Below are positions 11,149 through 21,031 of a DNA stretch of 64,000 nt, in pieces. The stretch is from NCBI GenBank assembly GCA_963695855.1, contig CAVOHZ010000010.1, positions 1,120,001 through 1,184,000 of the forward strand. Reading direction: 5' to 3'. Both the position numbers and the translations under genes were made by a program. The notes under the pieces are model-generated. The model was given only the letters and a program-made list of their open reading frames with translations. It made no database searches and had not been told where the DNA came from. Each line of letters begins with the position of its first letter. Within the stretch, counting starts at the first letter, position 1. The DNA is from an uncultured Nitrososphaerales archaeon (GTDB lineage: Archaea; Thermoproteota; Nitrososphaeria; Nitrososphaerales; Nitrososphaeraceae).

Positions 11149-12027
11149 ATGTTGGAATTCCCTTCAAGAGTAACAATAACAGAGGAGATGATAAACAAAA
11201 ATTCCATTGCAAGAAATATCTCATCTAGGAAAGGAGATAATGGGATTGTGTTGGTAATAGGTGGAAGTAGAATTTATCATGGTGCACCCATACTGGCATC
11301 AATAGCCGCTTTGAGAGCAGGAACTGATCTAGTATATACGGCGGTTCCTAAAAGTAACGTAAATGTAACAAGAACAGCCTCACCAAATTTAATAGTAATA
11401 CCTTTATCGGATGAAAGATTGACTGTTGGTGCAGTATCAAGACTAATCAAAACTATGCCAAAAGAGGTTGATTCTGCTGCAATTGGAATGGGATTGAATA
11501 TTGCCAAGAAAGAGGCGATAACGATGCTGCTAAAAAAATTACTTGAAGATGGAACAAAATTGGTTTTAGATGCATCTGCATTAATTCCAGAAATATTACC
11601 CATAATTACAAATACCAAAAGTATTATTACGCCACATGGAGGAGAATACATTCGAATTTTTGAGACAGAATTAAAATATAAATTGGAAGATCAGATTAAG
11701 GATGTTGAAAGTTTTTCTAGAGAATACGGAATTACTATAATTCTAAAGGGACAGAACAATATAATCTCTGATGGAGACCAAACTGCAGTCGTTCAGAGGA
11801 CTACATCAGCAATGACAGTAGGAGGAACTGGGGATATTTTGGCCGGATTGGTCGGTGGATTCTTTACCAAAATGAATGCGTTCAATGCTGGATGTTGTGG
11901 GATATATTTTAATGGAAAAGCAGCAGAGATTGCATATGATAAAGTTGGATTCCACATGATGGCTACTGATTTACTAGATATTTTACCACAGGTCATGAAA
12001 AAATTTGATTCAATGTCAGCAAATTGA
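11149..12027 (+). CDS. nnrD: ADP/ATP-dependent NAD(P)H-hydrate dehydratase
   Basis: KGDNGIVLVIGGS, ITPHGGE, GGTGDILAG. Confidence 0.9.
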   Translation: MLEFPSRVTITEEMINKNSIARNISSRKGDNGIVLVIGGSRIYHGAPILASIAALRAGTDLVYTAVPKSNVNVTRTASPNLIVIPLSDERLTVGAVSRLIKTMPKEVDSAAIGMGLNIAKKEAITMLLKKLLEDGTKLVLDASALIPEILPIITNTKSIITPHGGEYIRIFETELKYKLEDQIKDVESFSREYGITIILKGQNNIISDGDQTAVVQRTTSAMTVGGTGDILAGLVGGFFTKMNAFNAGCCGIYFNGKAAEIAYDKVGFHMMATDLLDILPQVMKKFDSMSAN

Positions 12028-12053
12028 CTTTAAAATAGATTCCTAACTATCAA

Positions 12054-12566
12054 TTAAGATGTAATTTTAATTCGAAATGAATGTATTTTATCAAAATCAA
12101 CTACATCAGAAATCCTAGGAACAGTCTCCACCTTGTAATCCAAGTTTTCAAAATAAGAGCATATTAAAAACGACCACATTACAAGGGACTTGTTTTTATA
12201 TTTTGAATATATTGTAATAATACCGCTATTTTTATCAAATTTTATACTGCCTGAACTATATACACTTAATGCTAAATCCATTATTTTAAAAAAGTCATCT
12301 TGATTGAGATCGAGATCTATTCCAGTTTTTCCCATCAACTCTAATATAAATAAAGATGAACCAATTTTTGATCCTTTATTTCCATATTCAAAAAATTTCT
12401 GCAACTCATTACCTTTGGTATTGTCTTGAAAGTCGAGATCCTGTTTAGAATTATCTATGGACAAATTTTGTGAGTGAGAATCATACGTCATCTCTTCAAT
12501 AAATTTAGTTAACCGGATAGCATTTAATTGAACCACAGGGTCAATCTCAAAGATTGTGTACTTCAA
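12054..12566 (-). CDS. Hypothetical protein (possibly the frameshifted C-terminus of the TrmB regulator)
   Basis: 170-aa ORF overlapping the TrmB stop by 20 nt. Confidence 0.5.
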   Translation of the reverse strand: MKYTIFEIDPVVQLNAIRLTKFIEEMTYDSHSQNLSIDNSKQDLDFQDNTKGNELQKFFEYGNKGSKIGSSLFILELMGKTGIDLDLNQDDFFKIMDLALSVYSSGSIKFDKNSGIITIYSKYKNKSLVMWSFLICSYFENLDYKVETVPRISDVVDFDKIHSFRIKITS

Positions 12567-13464
12567 CAGCTTTGTTCCATTCTTCTTCGAATGTTTTCAT
12601 ATATGAAAATCCTAGAACATCTATTGATGTAAATAGAGCTGCTTTTCCATTTCCCCCATCTATATTAATAATATTATTAGAGTCAATAATCACGATATTT
12701 GAAAAAATATTTCCTACTTTTACCATTACTTCATTTGGCAGTGAAATAAGATTATCATGTCCAAGACATTGATTAGAGATTAAAAACTGAATTTTGATTC
12801 CTTTATTGATTGCCCTGATTAACGACTGCCTACATTTAGATATCAATCTTAAACCCCAAATGTCAAGAATAGCTGTTATGGATGTTCTCGAATTTTCTAT
12901 CAAAGCAGTTAATCTTTCAAATGTAGATTTTGGGTCCAGAATGAAATATCTTTTCTCCTCCAAACCCTTAAGATAATTACTTTTCTCATTCAATTGTTGC
13001 AATTTATCTATAACTTTTCTCATATTTTTTAAACGTTGCTCATGGAGAGTAAGAATTTCCTCAAAAGCCTCTTTGGGGTTAATTGCACTACATATCAATG
13101 GTTTTTGCTGAGAAATGACTGATAGTCCTTTTTTCTCTAATTTCTTTAGTGTTAGATAAATTTTCGTTCTCGGTAAACGAGAATAGTATGCAATTTCACT
13201 GGCTGAAAGAGATCCCTTACCAATAAGCGTAACATAGGCTTTAGCTTCATAATAAGAGAGACCAAATTCTTCTAGATTTCCAACATCGTTATTATCTTTG
13301 TTATAAGTTATCGGATTTCTGAAATCTGTCATCTCATTCATGTATTTTTTTGGTTTGTATTTTCTACCGCTGTTAGTTCTTTTTCCTGTAGTGATATCAT
13401 GAGGAGGAAATATATAGAAATCGTCTTCATGATTTGATCTCTGATTCATTATGATTATTTCCAT
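12547..13464 (-). CDS. TrmB-family transcriptional regulator
   Basis: LEEFGLSYYEAKAYVTL...LPRTKIYLTLKKLEKKGL HTH. Confidence 0.9.
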   Translation of the reverse strand: MEIIIMNQRSNHEDDFYIFPPHDITTGKRTNSGRKYKPKKYMNEMTDFRNPITYNKDNNDVGNLEEFGLSYYEAKAYVTLIGKGSLSASEIAYYSRLPRTKIYLTLKKLEKKGLSVISQQKPLICSAINPKEAFEEILTLHEQRLKNMRKVIDKLQQLNEKSNYLKGLEEKRYFILDPKSTFERLTALIENSRTSITAILDIWGLRLISKCRQSLIRAINKGIKIQFLISNQCLGHDNLISLPNEVMVKVGNIFSNIVIIDSNNIINIDGGNGKAALFTSIDVLGFSYMKTFEEEWNKAVEVHNL

Positions 13465-13636
13465 AATTGATATTCAAAATAAAATCCCTTTGTCAATTAG
13501 ATTATGTCAAAGCTAAAAAAAATACTGAGCTAATTCGAATGTTGTAACCACTGACTGATGTTACCATGGTTAACCTCAAATTTTGAACATAGTACTATTA
13601 ATTATTGTTCTGTAATAGGATGAAGGTTTACGATAG

Positions 13637-14353
13637 ATGGAGAATGATCTCGAGTTGAATTCAACAAAAAATAGTTCTATAAATGCAAAATATGAAGCCT
13701 ATCAAGATTTTGTTAAGAAAAATAATTCAAATAGCACTCATGAAAGGGACCATGTTTCGACTCTAGTCAATGATCATAGATCCAATTTGATTGAACTTCA
13801 TTTAATAAAATATAATACACCTTTAAGACCAAAGATAAATCAAATTCAGTATCGAATACATGAGGAAATAATAAAGCTTCTAAAAATATTTGATGAGTTA
13901 AAAATTCAAGATGAAGAAATAATAAGGAAATTGATTGTCTCTATAAACGAAAATAATATTCAATATTCTTCTCTAATTTCCTCAGAACTGAACAAAATAA
14001 GAAAGACTGGTAAGGCAATAGTGGTCTCGAAAATAGTTCTTGATACACTGCAAGTCCAAATTCATAGTGTATCAAATTTCAAGGATTTGGTTGAAACATT
14101 AACACCTTCCATTACGGTAATAAAGAGTTTAAGGTCGATGTTATTTTCTCAAATCAGAGCTTCAGAGCTTGATCTTAGAAGCATCTCAGATCTGCTGATT
14201 GACGTATTGATAAATGCTGGACAGGTAGGTGGACATTTAATTAATTTTAAAATAGCAAACGATAAAGCATCAACTATATTACACGATGCATCATACGAAG
14301 CTGAAGATAAAATAAGAAAGGAATTCTTGCCTATTCCAGAGCTCAAAATATAG
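13637..14353 (+). CDS. Snf7/CdvB (ESCRT-III)-like coiled-coil protein
   Basis: PLRPKI...ELNKIRK...DLVETLTPSITVIK...EAEDKIRKEFLPIP resembles thaumarchaeal CdvB paralogues. Confidence 0.65.
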   Translation: MENDLELNSTKNSSINAKYEAYQDFVKKNNSNSTHERDHVSTLVNDHRSNLIELHLIKYNTPLRPKINQIQYRIHEEIIKLLKIFDELKIQDEEIIRKLIVSINENNIQYSSLISSELNKIRKTGKAIVVSKIVLDTLQVQIHSVSNFKDLVETLTPSITVIKSLRSMLFSQIRASELDLRSISDLLIDVLINAGQVGGHLINFKIANDKASTILHDASYEAEDKIRKEFLPIPELKI

Positions 14354-14508
14354 AAAATCTAATTCAGGCTATATTTCATCTATTTTAGTTCTCTTTTTCT
14401 CTCTTGTACTTTAAATAAACTATTAAATAAACAAGAAAATAAATTTTATTTTATTTTATTTTATTTTATTTTTTGTATCCTATTTACTTGACATGTATTG
14501 AATATGAA

Positions 14509-15546
14509 TCAGATCTTTGCCTCATCGATGTAAAAAATTGATTCGTTGCGGTGCAATACAGAGCCAGTAATTAGGTTTAGGACCGAACTTGTTATGTTAG
14601 AAAGTACAGGATCTAACCCTTCAATATTTCCAGCTAATACAAGATGTAACTTTATTTTTGAACCGAGAACATCAGATAGTTCTTGATTAACTGTTGCAGT
14701 ATATGGTCTAAGCGCACCTCTAAAAACTTCTGATCTTGATCTAACAAGTCCAGATATTTTTTTCCCAGTCGGAGAATCTGGTCCCAGTATCACGATTATT
14801 CCCTCTGACTCTTTGAATTTAGAAGGTTCAAAGATTGCTCCTTCAGGTGCCATAGATCTAACTGCTTCTCTAGTGACAAGACCAGGAATATGAATAAAAG
14901 TATTAACTAGATCTTCCCATTCATTTCTTGATAATGACGTGAAATTTCTATTATAATCATAATCTCCAGTTATATGAATAACTGCATCTATTTTGTCGTA
15001 TTTTGTCTTTGCGGTATTAAATATCCCTTTTACCTTTTCTTCATCAGAAAGATCTATTGAATGACTGTGATAACTTTTGTAATGTTCTAGATCTGCTGGA
15101 TTGTTTGTCAATATGATGACCTGTTTTACCCCATTATTGTTCAATTCATTCGCAAGATTTGTTACTCTCTCTATGTCATGTTTTATTGAAGAGGTCGTTG
15201 TAATTACTACAACTTTATCCTTTAAGGATTGAAGAGAACCTTTATCTACTGAAGTTCCAATAATTGGTTTGACTGGATAAAATACTCTATCATTGGGAAT
15301 AACCCTTCCGTTAATCAATTTACTGATCTTGTCATCAGACAGAGTTAGAACCATATCTGCTACTTCTTCTTGACTGAGGAATTCGTTATCTACAATCATT
15401 TTACTAGTATTGCTTTGTATTTTTTCAGCAATCTCTTGGATCTTGACTATCATACCATTAACTGTCTTGTTTAATTCGTCATCATCTTCAGTATTGACAT
15501 TGGATTTCGATTTGTCTGTGGAAGTATTAGCTGAGATCGTTAACAC
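14509..15546 (-). CDS. C-terminal part of an extended SDR oxidoreductase (degenerate second SDR domain)
   Basis: Overlaps the upstream SDR ORF by 20 nt; KVVVIT...KIDAVIHITG SDR-like fold; probably one frameshifted gene. Confidence 0.65.
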   Translation of the reverse strand: MLTISANTSTDKSKSNVNTEDDDELNKTVNGMIVKIQEIAEKIQSNTSKMIVDNEFLSQEEVADMVLTLSDDKISKLINGRVIPNDRVFYPVKPIIGTSVDKGSLQSLKDKVVVITTTSSIKHDIERVTNLANELNNNGVKQVIILTNNPADLEHYKSYHSHSIDLSDEEKVKGIFNTAKTKYDKIDAVIHITGDYDYNRNFTSLSRNEWEDLVNTFIHIPGLVTREAVRSMAPEGAIFEPSKFKESEGIIVILGPDSPTGKKISGLVRSRSEVFRGALRPYTATVNQELSDVLGSKIKLHLVLAGNIEGLDPVLSNITSSVLNLITGSVLHRNESIFYIDEAKI

Positions 15547-16366
15547 GCATAGATGAGATTTCTTGAGCTATATTTTTTATACCATTAGAAAAAACATCAG
15601 AGGATTCACCTAAAAGTTCCAAACCCTTGGTTGCAGAATGCTCTATCTCTGTTGAAGTCAGTCCAGGATAACCGCCTATACGTAGAAACTCTGCGGCAGC
15701 TTTTGGATAGACAGTTTTGTAAATTCTATCTGAATGCACTGGTCCTGGGTTTGTAGCTACAGATTTTATTCCTCTATCTACTAATTCCCAGGCGAGAGTT
15801 TCTGCTAGTCTATTTTTTGCTCCCTGTGAAGCTGTATATGGGGTCCTGAATCTATATGGCCTTTGTTCATATTTGTTCTCTTCTGTAAAGAAAGTTGCTA
15901 TTGTGATTATTTTGGAGCCTTTTTCCATTACTTTTAGACCCTGAACCGAAGTCCAAAAAGTTCCGGTTAAATGAATTGCAACAGTATCCTTAAAATCCTG
16001 AAATGAGGCATTAGTAAAAGTTTTTACTGGGCCTGAAACGCCAGCATTATTGACTATAATATCAACCTTACCAAACTCTTGTCTGATAGTTTCAAACATA
16101 TCGTTTATTCCATTTTCGTCAGAAACATCTACTCCTGAAAAGGCTCGTACTTTTCCAGTAGAACCAATATCTTTTATTATCTTGTTTAATATTTCACTAG
16201 TTTTATCCAATGGTTCCCTTCGTCTACCCATTATTACAATACTAGCACCGTTTTCTGCAAATTTCTTTGCTATTGCTTGACCAATACCTGTTCCGCTCCC
16301 CGTGATAACAACTAGTTGATTTGAAAATTTTAATTCTGACGATTCTTTTATGGATAACTCTTCCAT
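15527..16366 (-). CDS. SDR-family oxidoreductase, N-terminal domain
   Basis: TGSGTGIG, NNAG, YTASQ, PGPVHSDRI. Confidence 0.88.
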   Translation of the reverse strand: MEELSIKESSELKFSNQLVVITGSGTGIGQAIAKKFAENGASIVIMGRRREPLDKTSEILNKIIKDIGSTGKVRAFSGVDVSDENGINDMFETIRQEFGKVDIIVNNAGVSGPVKTFTNASFQDFKDTVAIHLTGTFWTSVQGLKVMEKGSKIITIATFFTEENKYEQRPYRFRTPYTASQGAKNRLAETLAWELVDRGIKSVATNPGPVHSDRIYKTVYPKAAAEFLRIGGYPGLTSTEIEHSATKGLELLGESSDVFSNGIKNIAQEISSMRVNDLS

Positions 16367-17022
16367 ATAATTTTGGCAGACAATATTACACTTTTAATCT
16401 TTTTGATATTATAGGTAACTTTAAGAGTGGAATATTAACTATAAATTCCAAGGTAATATCAAAGATGAGAATGTCTAGAATGTTTACTTTTTTTTTAATG
16501 TTTGGTATTTTTGGTTGTCTTGTACTATCTTCTTCCGGATTATTAATTAAAGATGCTTATTCACATGGTTTGTTTAATTCAGCAGGAGAAAGAATTGGAA
16601 AATATTATATGCAAATAGCAACCGATCCAGAGATTCCAACTACCGGTCAATATTCAAAAATTTTACTAAGAGTATCAAGTGATGAAGTTGAATTATCAGA
16701 CGTTCCTATTTCTATTACCATAACGAAAAACGGTCAAGAGTTGAATAAATTACCTCCGATAGTGATAACAAATGGTCATTATGAGTTTAATTACAAATTT
16801 CTAGAACCTGGGAATTATGTTTTCTACATAGATTTACAGGATCTGTATTTTTCTGGCAAGACTCTAACATATGCGTTCAATATAAGTACGCTTAATCCTT
16901 TTGGTTATATTTTCTACTCTTTGATAAGCTTTGCAAGTGTAACCCCCTTCACAATAATATCAGTAATCTATTTCAAAAATAGAAAAGACAGGAAGAGAAG
17001 GATTGCTGAAAATCAGAACTAA
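16321..17022 (+). CDS. Hypothetical exported/membrane protein (true start probably downstream)
   Basis: Signal-like segment ending AYSH, beta-rich domain, C-terminal TM. Confidence 0.6.
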   Translation: MKILILTILLWITLPYNFGRQYYTFNLFDIIGNFKSGILTINSKVISKMRMSRMFTFFLMFGIFGCLVLSSSGLLIKDAYSHGLFNSAGERIGKYYMQIATDPEIPTTGQYSKILLRVSSDEVELSDVPISITITKNGQELNKLPPIVITNGHYEFNYKFLEPGNYVFYIDLQDLYFSGKTLTYAFNISTLNPFGYIFYSLISFASVTPFTIISVIYFKNRKDRKRRIAENQN

Positions 17023-17131
17023 GGGAAAAGAAAATAGAAAAATAAAAAATAAAAAAAATAATCAAATTTAATATTCTTTCGTCGATGAGCTGAATTAATT
17101 ATATTATTTGCATTTATTATTATTATTATTA

Positions 17132-17701
17132 TTATATTGTATGTTTCTCTATTTCAGAGACAGATGGTTTCTCTTTTCCTGTTATTTTCCAGGCATATAA
17201 CGTAACTAGGATAGTCATTGTATACAAAACGATTCCTATACCAAGATGCAGAGTTACAAGATGAGCATGAAGGCGTTCTATAATTACAATGGCTCCTAAT
17301 GTGATCTGGCTAACTACCGCGGAACCGGCTATTATGGAAGCAATTTTCATTCCTTTTGGAGTTTGTTTAGATTTCAAAGTAAAGATCATTGTAACAATAA
17401 CCATAATTCCAGTAATTGCTGCAATAGTTCGATGAAAATATTCTATGATGAAATCTTCATGTGGGACCAATCCAGCTGGACATAAAGGCCAGTCAGGACA
17501 TGATAGACCCACACCTGATGCGCTAACATAGCCACCTATAAAAATGAGTGTAAAAAGAATAGAAAGGGTAGAGAAAGATAGAATTTTTAGAAGCATTGTT
17601 TCTGTCAAATGCTGATTATTTCTTTTCTCCAAATCAAATGATTGTTTGCTTTCTTCTATTGTACAGTTAAAGTTCCTAACATGTAGGGATGTACCGAACA
17701 A
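17132..17701 (-). CDS. Short COX15/CtaA heme A synthase (true start probably MLLK)
   Basis: GLSCPDWPLC, EYFHR, LHLG; last gene of cox operon. Confidence 0.85.
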   Translation of the reverse strand: MFGTSLHVRNFNCTIEESKQSFDLEKRNNQHLTETMLLKILSFSTLSILFTLIFIGGYVSASGVGLSCPDWPLCPAGLVPHEDFIIEYFHRTIAAITGIMVIVTMIFTLKSKQTPKGMKIASIIAGSAVVSQITLGAIVIIERLHAHLVTLHLGIGIVLYTMTILVTLYAWKITGKEKPSVSEIEKHTI

Positions 17702-18219
17702 TAAAAGTCATATTTAGCAGGATCGATATCTGCAGTCTCTAGCACTTTGGATTCACCAGCGTTTATGATGCTCGTATCAAAGATTTTGCCCGATGTTGAA
17801 TCACTTGGACCAGCACCATTGGTCACAGTATGAGGCATTGCATCTACATTGTCTACGAGGATTGTCTGACCTTTCTTTACTTTTAGGTCTGATGGATCAA
17901 ATGCTGGATTTCCCTGAGTTGCAGCACCTTCCAAAATTGTAAGTGTAACGTCTGCGGTTGGTTTTTCTTTTGTAGCCGCCGGTTGCGATGTGGCAGAGGA
18001 GGAAGCAGGGGCAGCAGTTGGTTTTTCGAAAGTGGCTAGGGCTTGAAGGTTTACCTCTGGTTTTACCTTTGATGATGGAGGAGCAAGATCATTCATGTGG
18101 TCAAATTCGACTATTGCATAGATAGCTCCTGCGATCATGATACCTATAACAATGACTAACCCTTTGTATAGCCTTCTGGGAGTAGTTCTAAGGATGTGCT
18201 TATCATCGTCTCTACTCAT
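17656..18219 (-). CDS. Membrane-anchored blue copper (cupredoxin) protein
   Basis: TM helix, PHTVT and YCSVHPYM type-1 Cu ligands. Confidence 0.9.
   Translation of the reverse strand: MSRDDDKHILRTTPRRLYKGLVIVIGIMIAGAIYAIVEFDHMNDLAPPSSKVKPEVNLQALATFEKPTAAPASSSATSQPAATKEKPTADVTLTILEGAATQGNPAFDPSDLKVKKGQTILVDNVDAMPHTVTNGAGPSDSTSGKIFDTSIINAGESKVLETADIDPAKYDFYCSVHPYMLGTLTVQ
17680..17976. repeat. 297-bp direct repeat, copy 1 (cupredoxin domain)
   Basis: Identical by eye to 19888-20184 (offset 2208). Confidence 0.9.
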
Positions 18220-18252
18220 AAAATTCCTCTCCTATCTTGATCCGTAGTAGTT

Positions 18253-19776
18253 CTAATGAACTGGCTCTTTTCGTCTATAGTCATAATATTCCTCTCCTAT
18301 CTTGAACGGATCTTGCATATCTGCAAATTTACCTTTGGCTGTACTCTTTAGCAAGTTGTATAGCATTAGTATGTATGAAAGTCCCACTACCCATGCACCA
18401 CTTGATGCTATTTGGTTCATAATAATCCATTCTTCCAATGGGATATAATCAAAGTAACGTCTTGGCATTCCGTACAATCCAAGAACGTGTTGCGTCATAA
18501 ATACAACTATAACACCTAGAAATGCAGCTACAAAATGGATCTTTCCCAATTTTTCATCATACATTCTTCCCGTTATGAGCGGAAACATATAGTATAAGAA
18601 TCCTGTAAACGTCAAGGATACAGTTCCCATCAGAATCAAGTGGAAGTGTCCAACTACCCAATAACTATCGTGAGTAATAAAGTCAAGTGGTAAAGCAGTA
18701 TTTACTACACCACCTGCTCCGGATGCGAAGAACAACAAGATTCCTGCCATGGCAAAAAGCATTGGTGTCGCAAACTTTATTCTACCTCCCCACATTGTGG
18801 CAATCCAGTTAAAGACATGCATTGCGGAAGCGGGTACCGCAGCAAGCGTTCCTACCATAAATACAGTCTTTTCAGTAAAGCTCATTCCTGTTGCCAGCAT
18901 GTGATGAGCCCATGACGCAAATCCTATTGTAGATAGCAATAGAAACGCTGTTACTCCGGACTGATAGCTGTATATGGGTTTCCGAGAGAACTTTGGTATC
19001 ATCTCATAAAGCATACCAACACCAGGTAACAAGAAGATGTAGACCTCGGGGTGGAAAGTAAACCAGAAGAGATGCTGGTAAGCGATTGGATCCCCTCCCA
19101 ATGCCGGGTTAAAGAATCCTGAAATTCCTAATCTATCTGTATAAGTCATAATTAGGGCGGCAGCAAAAGTTGGTATAGCAACAAGTTGCATAAATGAGAT
19201 TGCGAGGATAGCCCAGCAGAAAAGTGACATCTTCATTATAGGCAGATCTGGATGCTTACATCGTAGTATTGTAACAACAAAGTTGATAGACCCAAGTATA
19301 GAAGAAAGTCCTAATATTTTGAGTCCAAATATCCACAGCTCCGCAGCTGGACCGGGTGCTCTAATAATAGAGTATGGTGGATATGCAGTCCAACCTAAAT
19401 CAGCAAAGCCTAACCAAATCATGCCAGCACCTACAGGTAGCATCCAAAAAGCAACAGCATTCAGTTTTGGCCAAGCCATATCTTTGTATCTAACCAGTAT
19501 TGGAATCAAATAGTTACCAATACCGGCAGCAAAAGGTATAGCCCACAAGAACAACATCGTGGTTCCATGAACTGTAAAAAATCTATGGAACGTACTGGGA
19601 TCTTGAATTATTTGCGCTCCAGGTAAAAATAGCTCTGTTCTTATCGCCAGAGCTAATGCACCACCGCACAGAAGAAAAGTTATGGAAAAAATCATATACA
19701 ATAATCCAATGTCGGTATGATGTGTCGAGAAAATAATCTCCCACATTGGACGTGGTTTTTTAATTTCTAGAACCAT
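18253..19776 (-). CDS. coxA: Heme-copper oxidase subunit I
   Basis: GGDPIAYQHLFWFTFHPEVY, WAHH, HFH ligands. Confidence 0.97.
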   Translation of the reverse strand: MVLEIKKPRPMWEIIFSTHHTDIGLLYMIFSITFLLCGGALALAIRTELFLPGAQIIQDPSTFHRFFTVHGTTMLFLWAIPFAAGIGNYLIPILVRYKDMAWPKLNAVAFWMLPVGAGMIWLGFADLGWTAYPPYSIIRAPGPAAELWIFGLKILGLSSILGSINFVVTILRCKHPDLPIMKMSLFCWAILAISFMQLVAIPTFAAALIMTYTDRLGISGFFNPALGGDPIAYQHLFWFTFHPEVYIFLLPGVGMLYEMIPKFSRKPIYSYQSGVTAFLLLSTIGFASWAHHMLATGMSFTEKTVFMVGTLAAVPASAMHVFNWIATMWGGRIKFATPMLFAMAGILLFFASGAGGVVNTALPLDFITHDSYWVVGHFHLILMGTVSLTFTGFLYYMFPLITGRMYDEKLGKIHFVAAFLGVIVVFMTQHVLGLYGMPRRYFDYIPLEEWIIMNQIASSGAWVVGLSYILMLYNLLKSTAKGKFADMQDPFKIGEEYYDYRRKEPVH

Positions 19777-19863
19777 TTCACTATTGCCTCCTTCACAAAC
19801 ACCAAATTACAATTCCTACAGTTATCCTTATTAATAAAAGTATTTTGTTTTGCCATCTTTACA

Positions 19864-20652
19864 TCACTCTACTGTCAACGTTCCTACCATGTAGGGATGT
19901 ACCGAACAATAAAAGTCATATTTAGCAGGATCGATATCTGCAGTCTCTAGCACTTTGGATTCACCAGCGTTTATGATGCTCGTATCAAAGATTTTGCCCG
20001 ATGTTGAATCACTTGGACCAGCACCATTGGTCACAGTATGAGGCATTGCATCTACATTGTCTACGAGGATTGTCTGACCTTTCTTTACTTTTAGGTCTGA
20101 TGGATCAAATGCTGGATTTCCCTGAGTTGCAGCACCTTCCAAAATTGTAAGTGTAACGTCTGCGGTTGGTTTTTCTTTTGTAGCTGCAGGTGCAACTTGA
20201 GCTGCCTCATTTTCAGCAGCAACTTCTTTTATTGCTGGCGGTTCAACGAACAATTGAGCTTTCATATTATAATGACTATAACCACAATATTCTCTACATT
20301 GAATTAGAAAAATACCTTCTTGGTCGAAAAGATTCCATAGTGTATTGATTCGGCCAGGAACAGCATCGATCATAAGCGTATAATCGGGCACGTTAAAGGC
20401 GTGATTTACATCAAGTGATGTAATCTCGAACCTGTATGGAGTTCCCTTGTTTACATGAAGTTCATTAACTTCCTTTGTTCCATCAGAATGTTCAAAACTC
20501 CAGAACCATTGCTGTCCTATAACTTTGATCGTTTGTGCACCAGGAGGAACCTCTTCCACAATTCTTTCTACGTTCCAGGATTCTGCACCCACCCAGATCA
20601 GCAATGCAGCTACGGCTGCAATATAGACCCATTCGATGGTTGCGTGTCCCAT
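19864..20652 (-). CDS. coxB: Heme-copper oxidase subunit II with extra C-terminal cupredoxin domain
   Basis: QQWFW, DVNHAF, CREYCGYSHYNM CuA motif, then YCSVHPYM domain. Confidence 0.95.
   Translation of the reverse strand: MGHATIEWVYIAAVAALLIWVGAESWNVERIVEEVPPGAQTIKVIGQQWFWSFEHSDGTKEVNELHVNKGTPYRFEITSLDVNHAFNVPDYTLMIDAVPGRINTLWNLFDQEGIFLIQCREYCGYSHYNMKAQLFVEPPAIKEVAAENEAAQVAPAATKEKPTADVTLTILEGAATQGNPAFDPSDLKVKKGQTILVDNVDAMPHTVTNGAGPSDSTSGKIFDTSIINAGESKVLETADIDPAKYDFYCSVHPYMVGTLTVE
19888..20184. repeat. 297-bp direct repeat, copy 2
   Basis: Identical by eye to 17680-17976. Confidence 0.9.
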
Positions 20653-20927
20653 TAGCTTCTTCTTCCCTCCAGTGGTTCGCTTATTCGATTCCTCTTATGT
20701 GATTCCCTATATCTCCAAATAACATAAACTATTACCCCATTTACAACGGCACCAACAGTAAACGCGGCCACCATCAACCGATAGAAAAGACCCCATATCT
20801 CACCGTTCCTTTGTACATATTGTCCTGCCTCTTCCTGACCAAAAGCCTCTACTATAAAATTAACATATAGAATAGCAAAGAGAGGAACTAAACCTAATAA
20901 TATCCAACCCTTAGATTTCAATCTCAC
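20652..20927 (-). CDS. Small membrane protein of the cox operon (resembles the TM part of subunit II)
   Basis: Two TM helices, VIWRYRE; stop overlaps coxB start. Confidence 0.75.
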   Translation of the reverse strand: MRLKSKGWILLGLVPLFAILYVNFIVEAFGQEEAGQYVQRNGEIWGLFYRLMVAAFTVGAVVNGVIVYVIWRYRESHKRNRISEPLEGRRS

Positions 20928-21031
20928 ACATTAACTCTCCTATTTATTGCTGAATACTCGGAACCATACAATTTAAGGTTTTTGGATTTGGATAAAATAA
21001 AATAGAATGATTCTTTAATTCATTCATTCAT

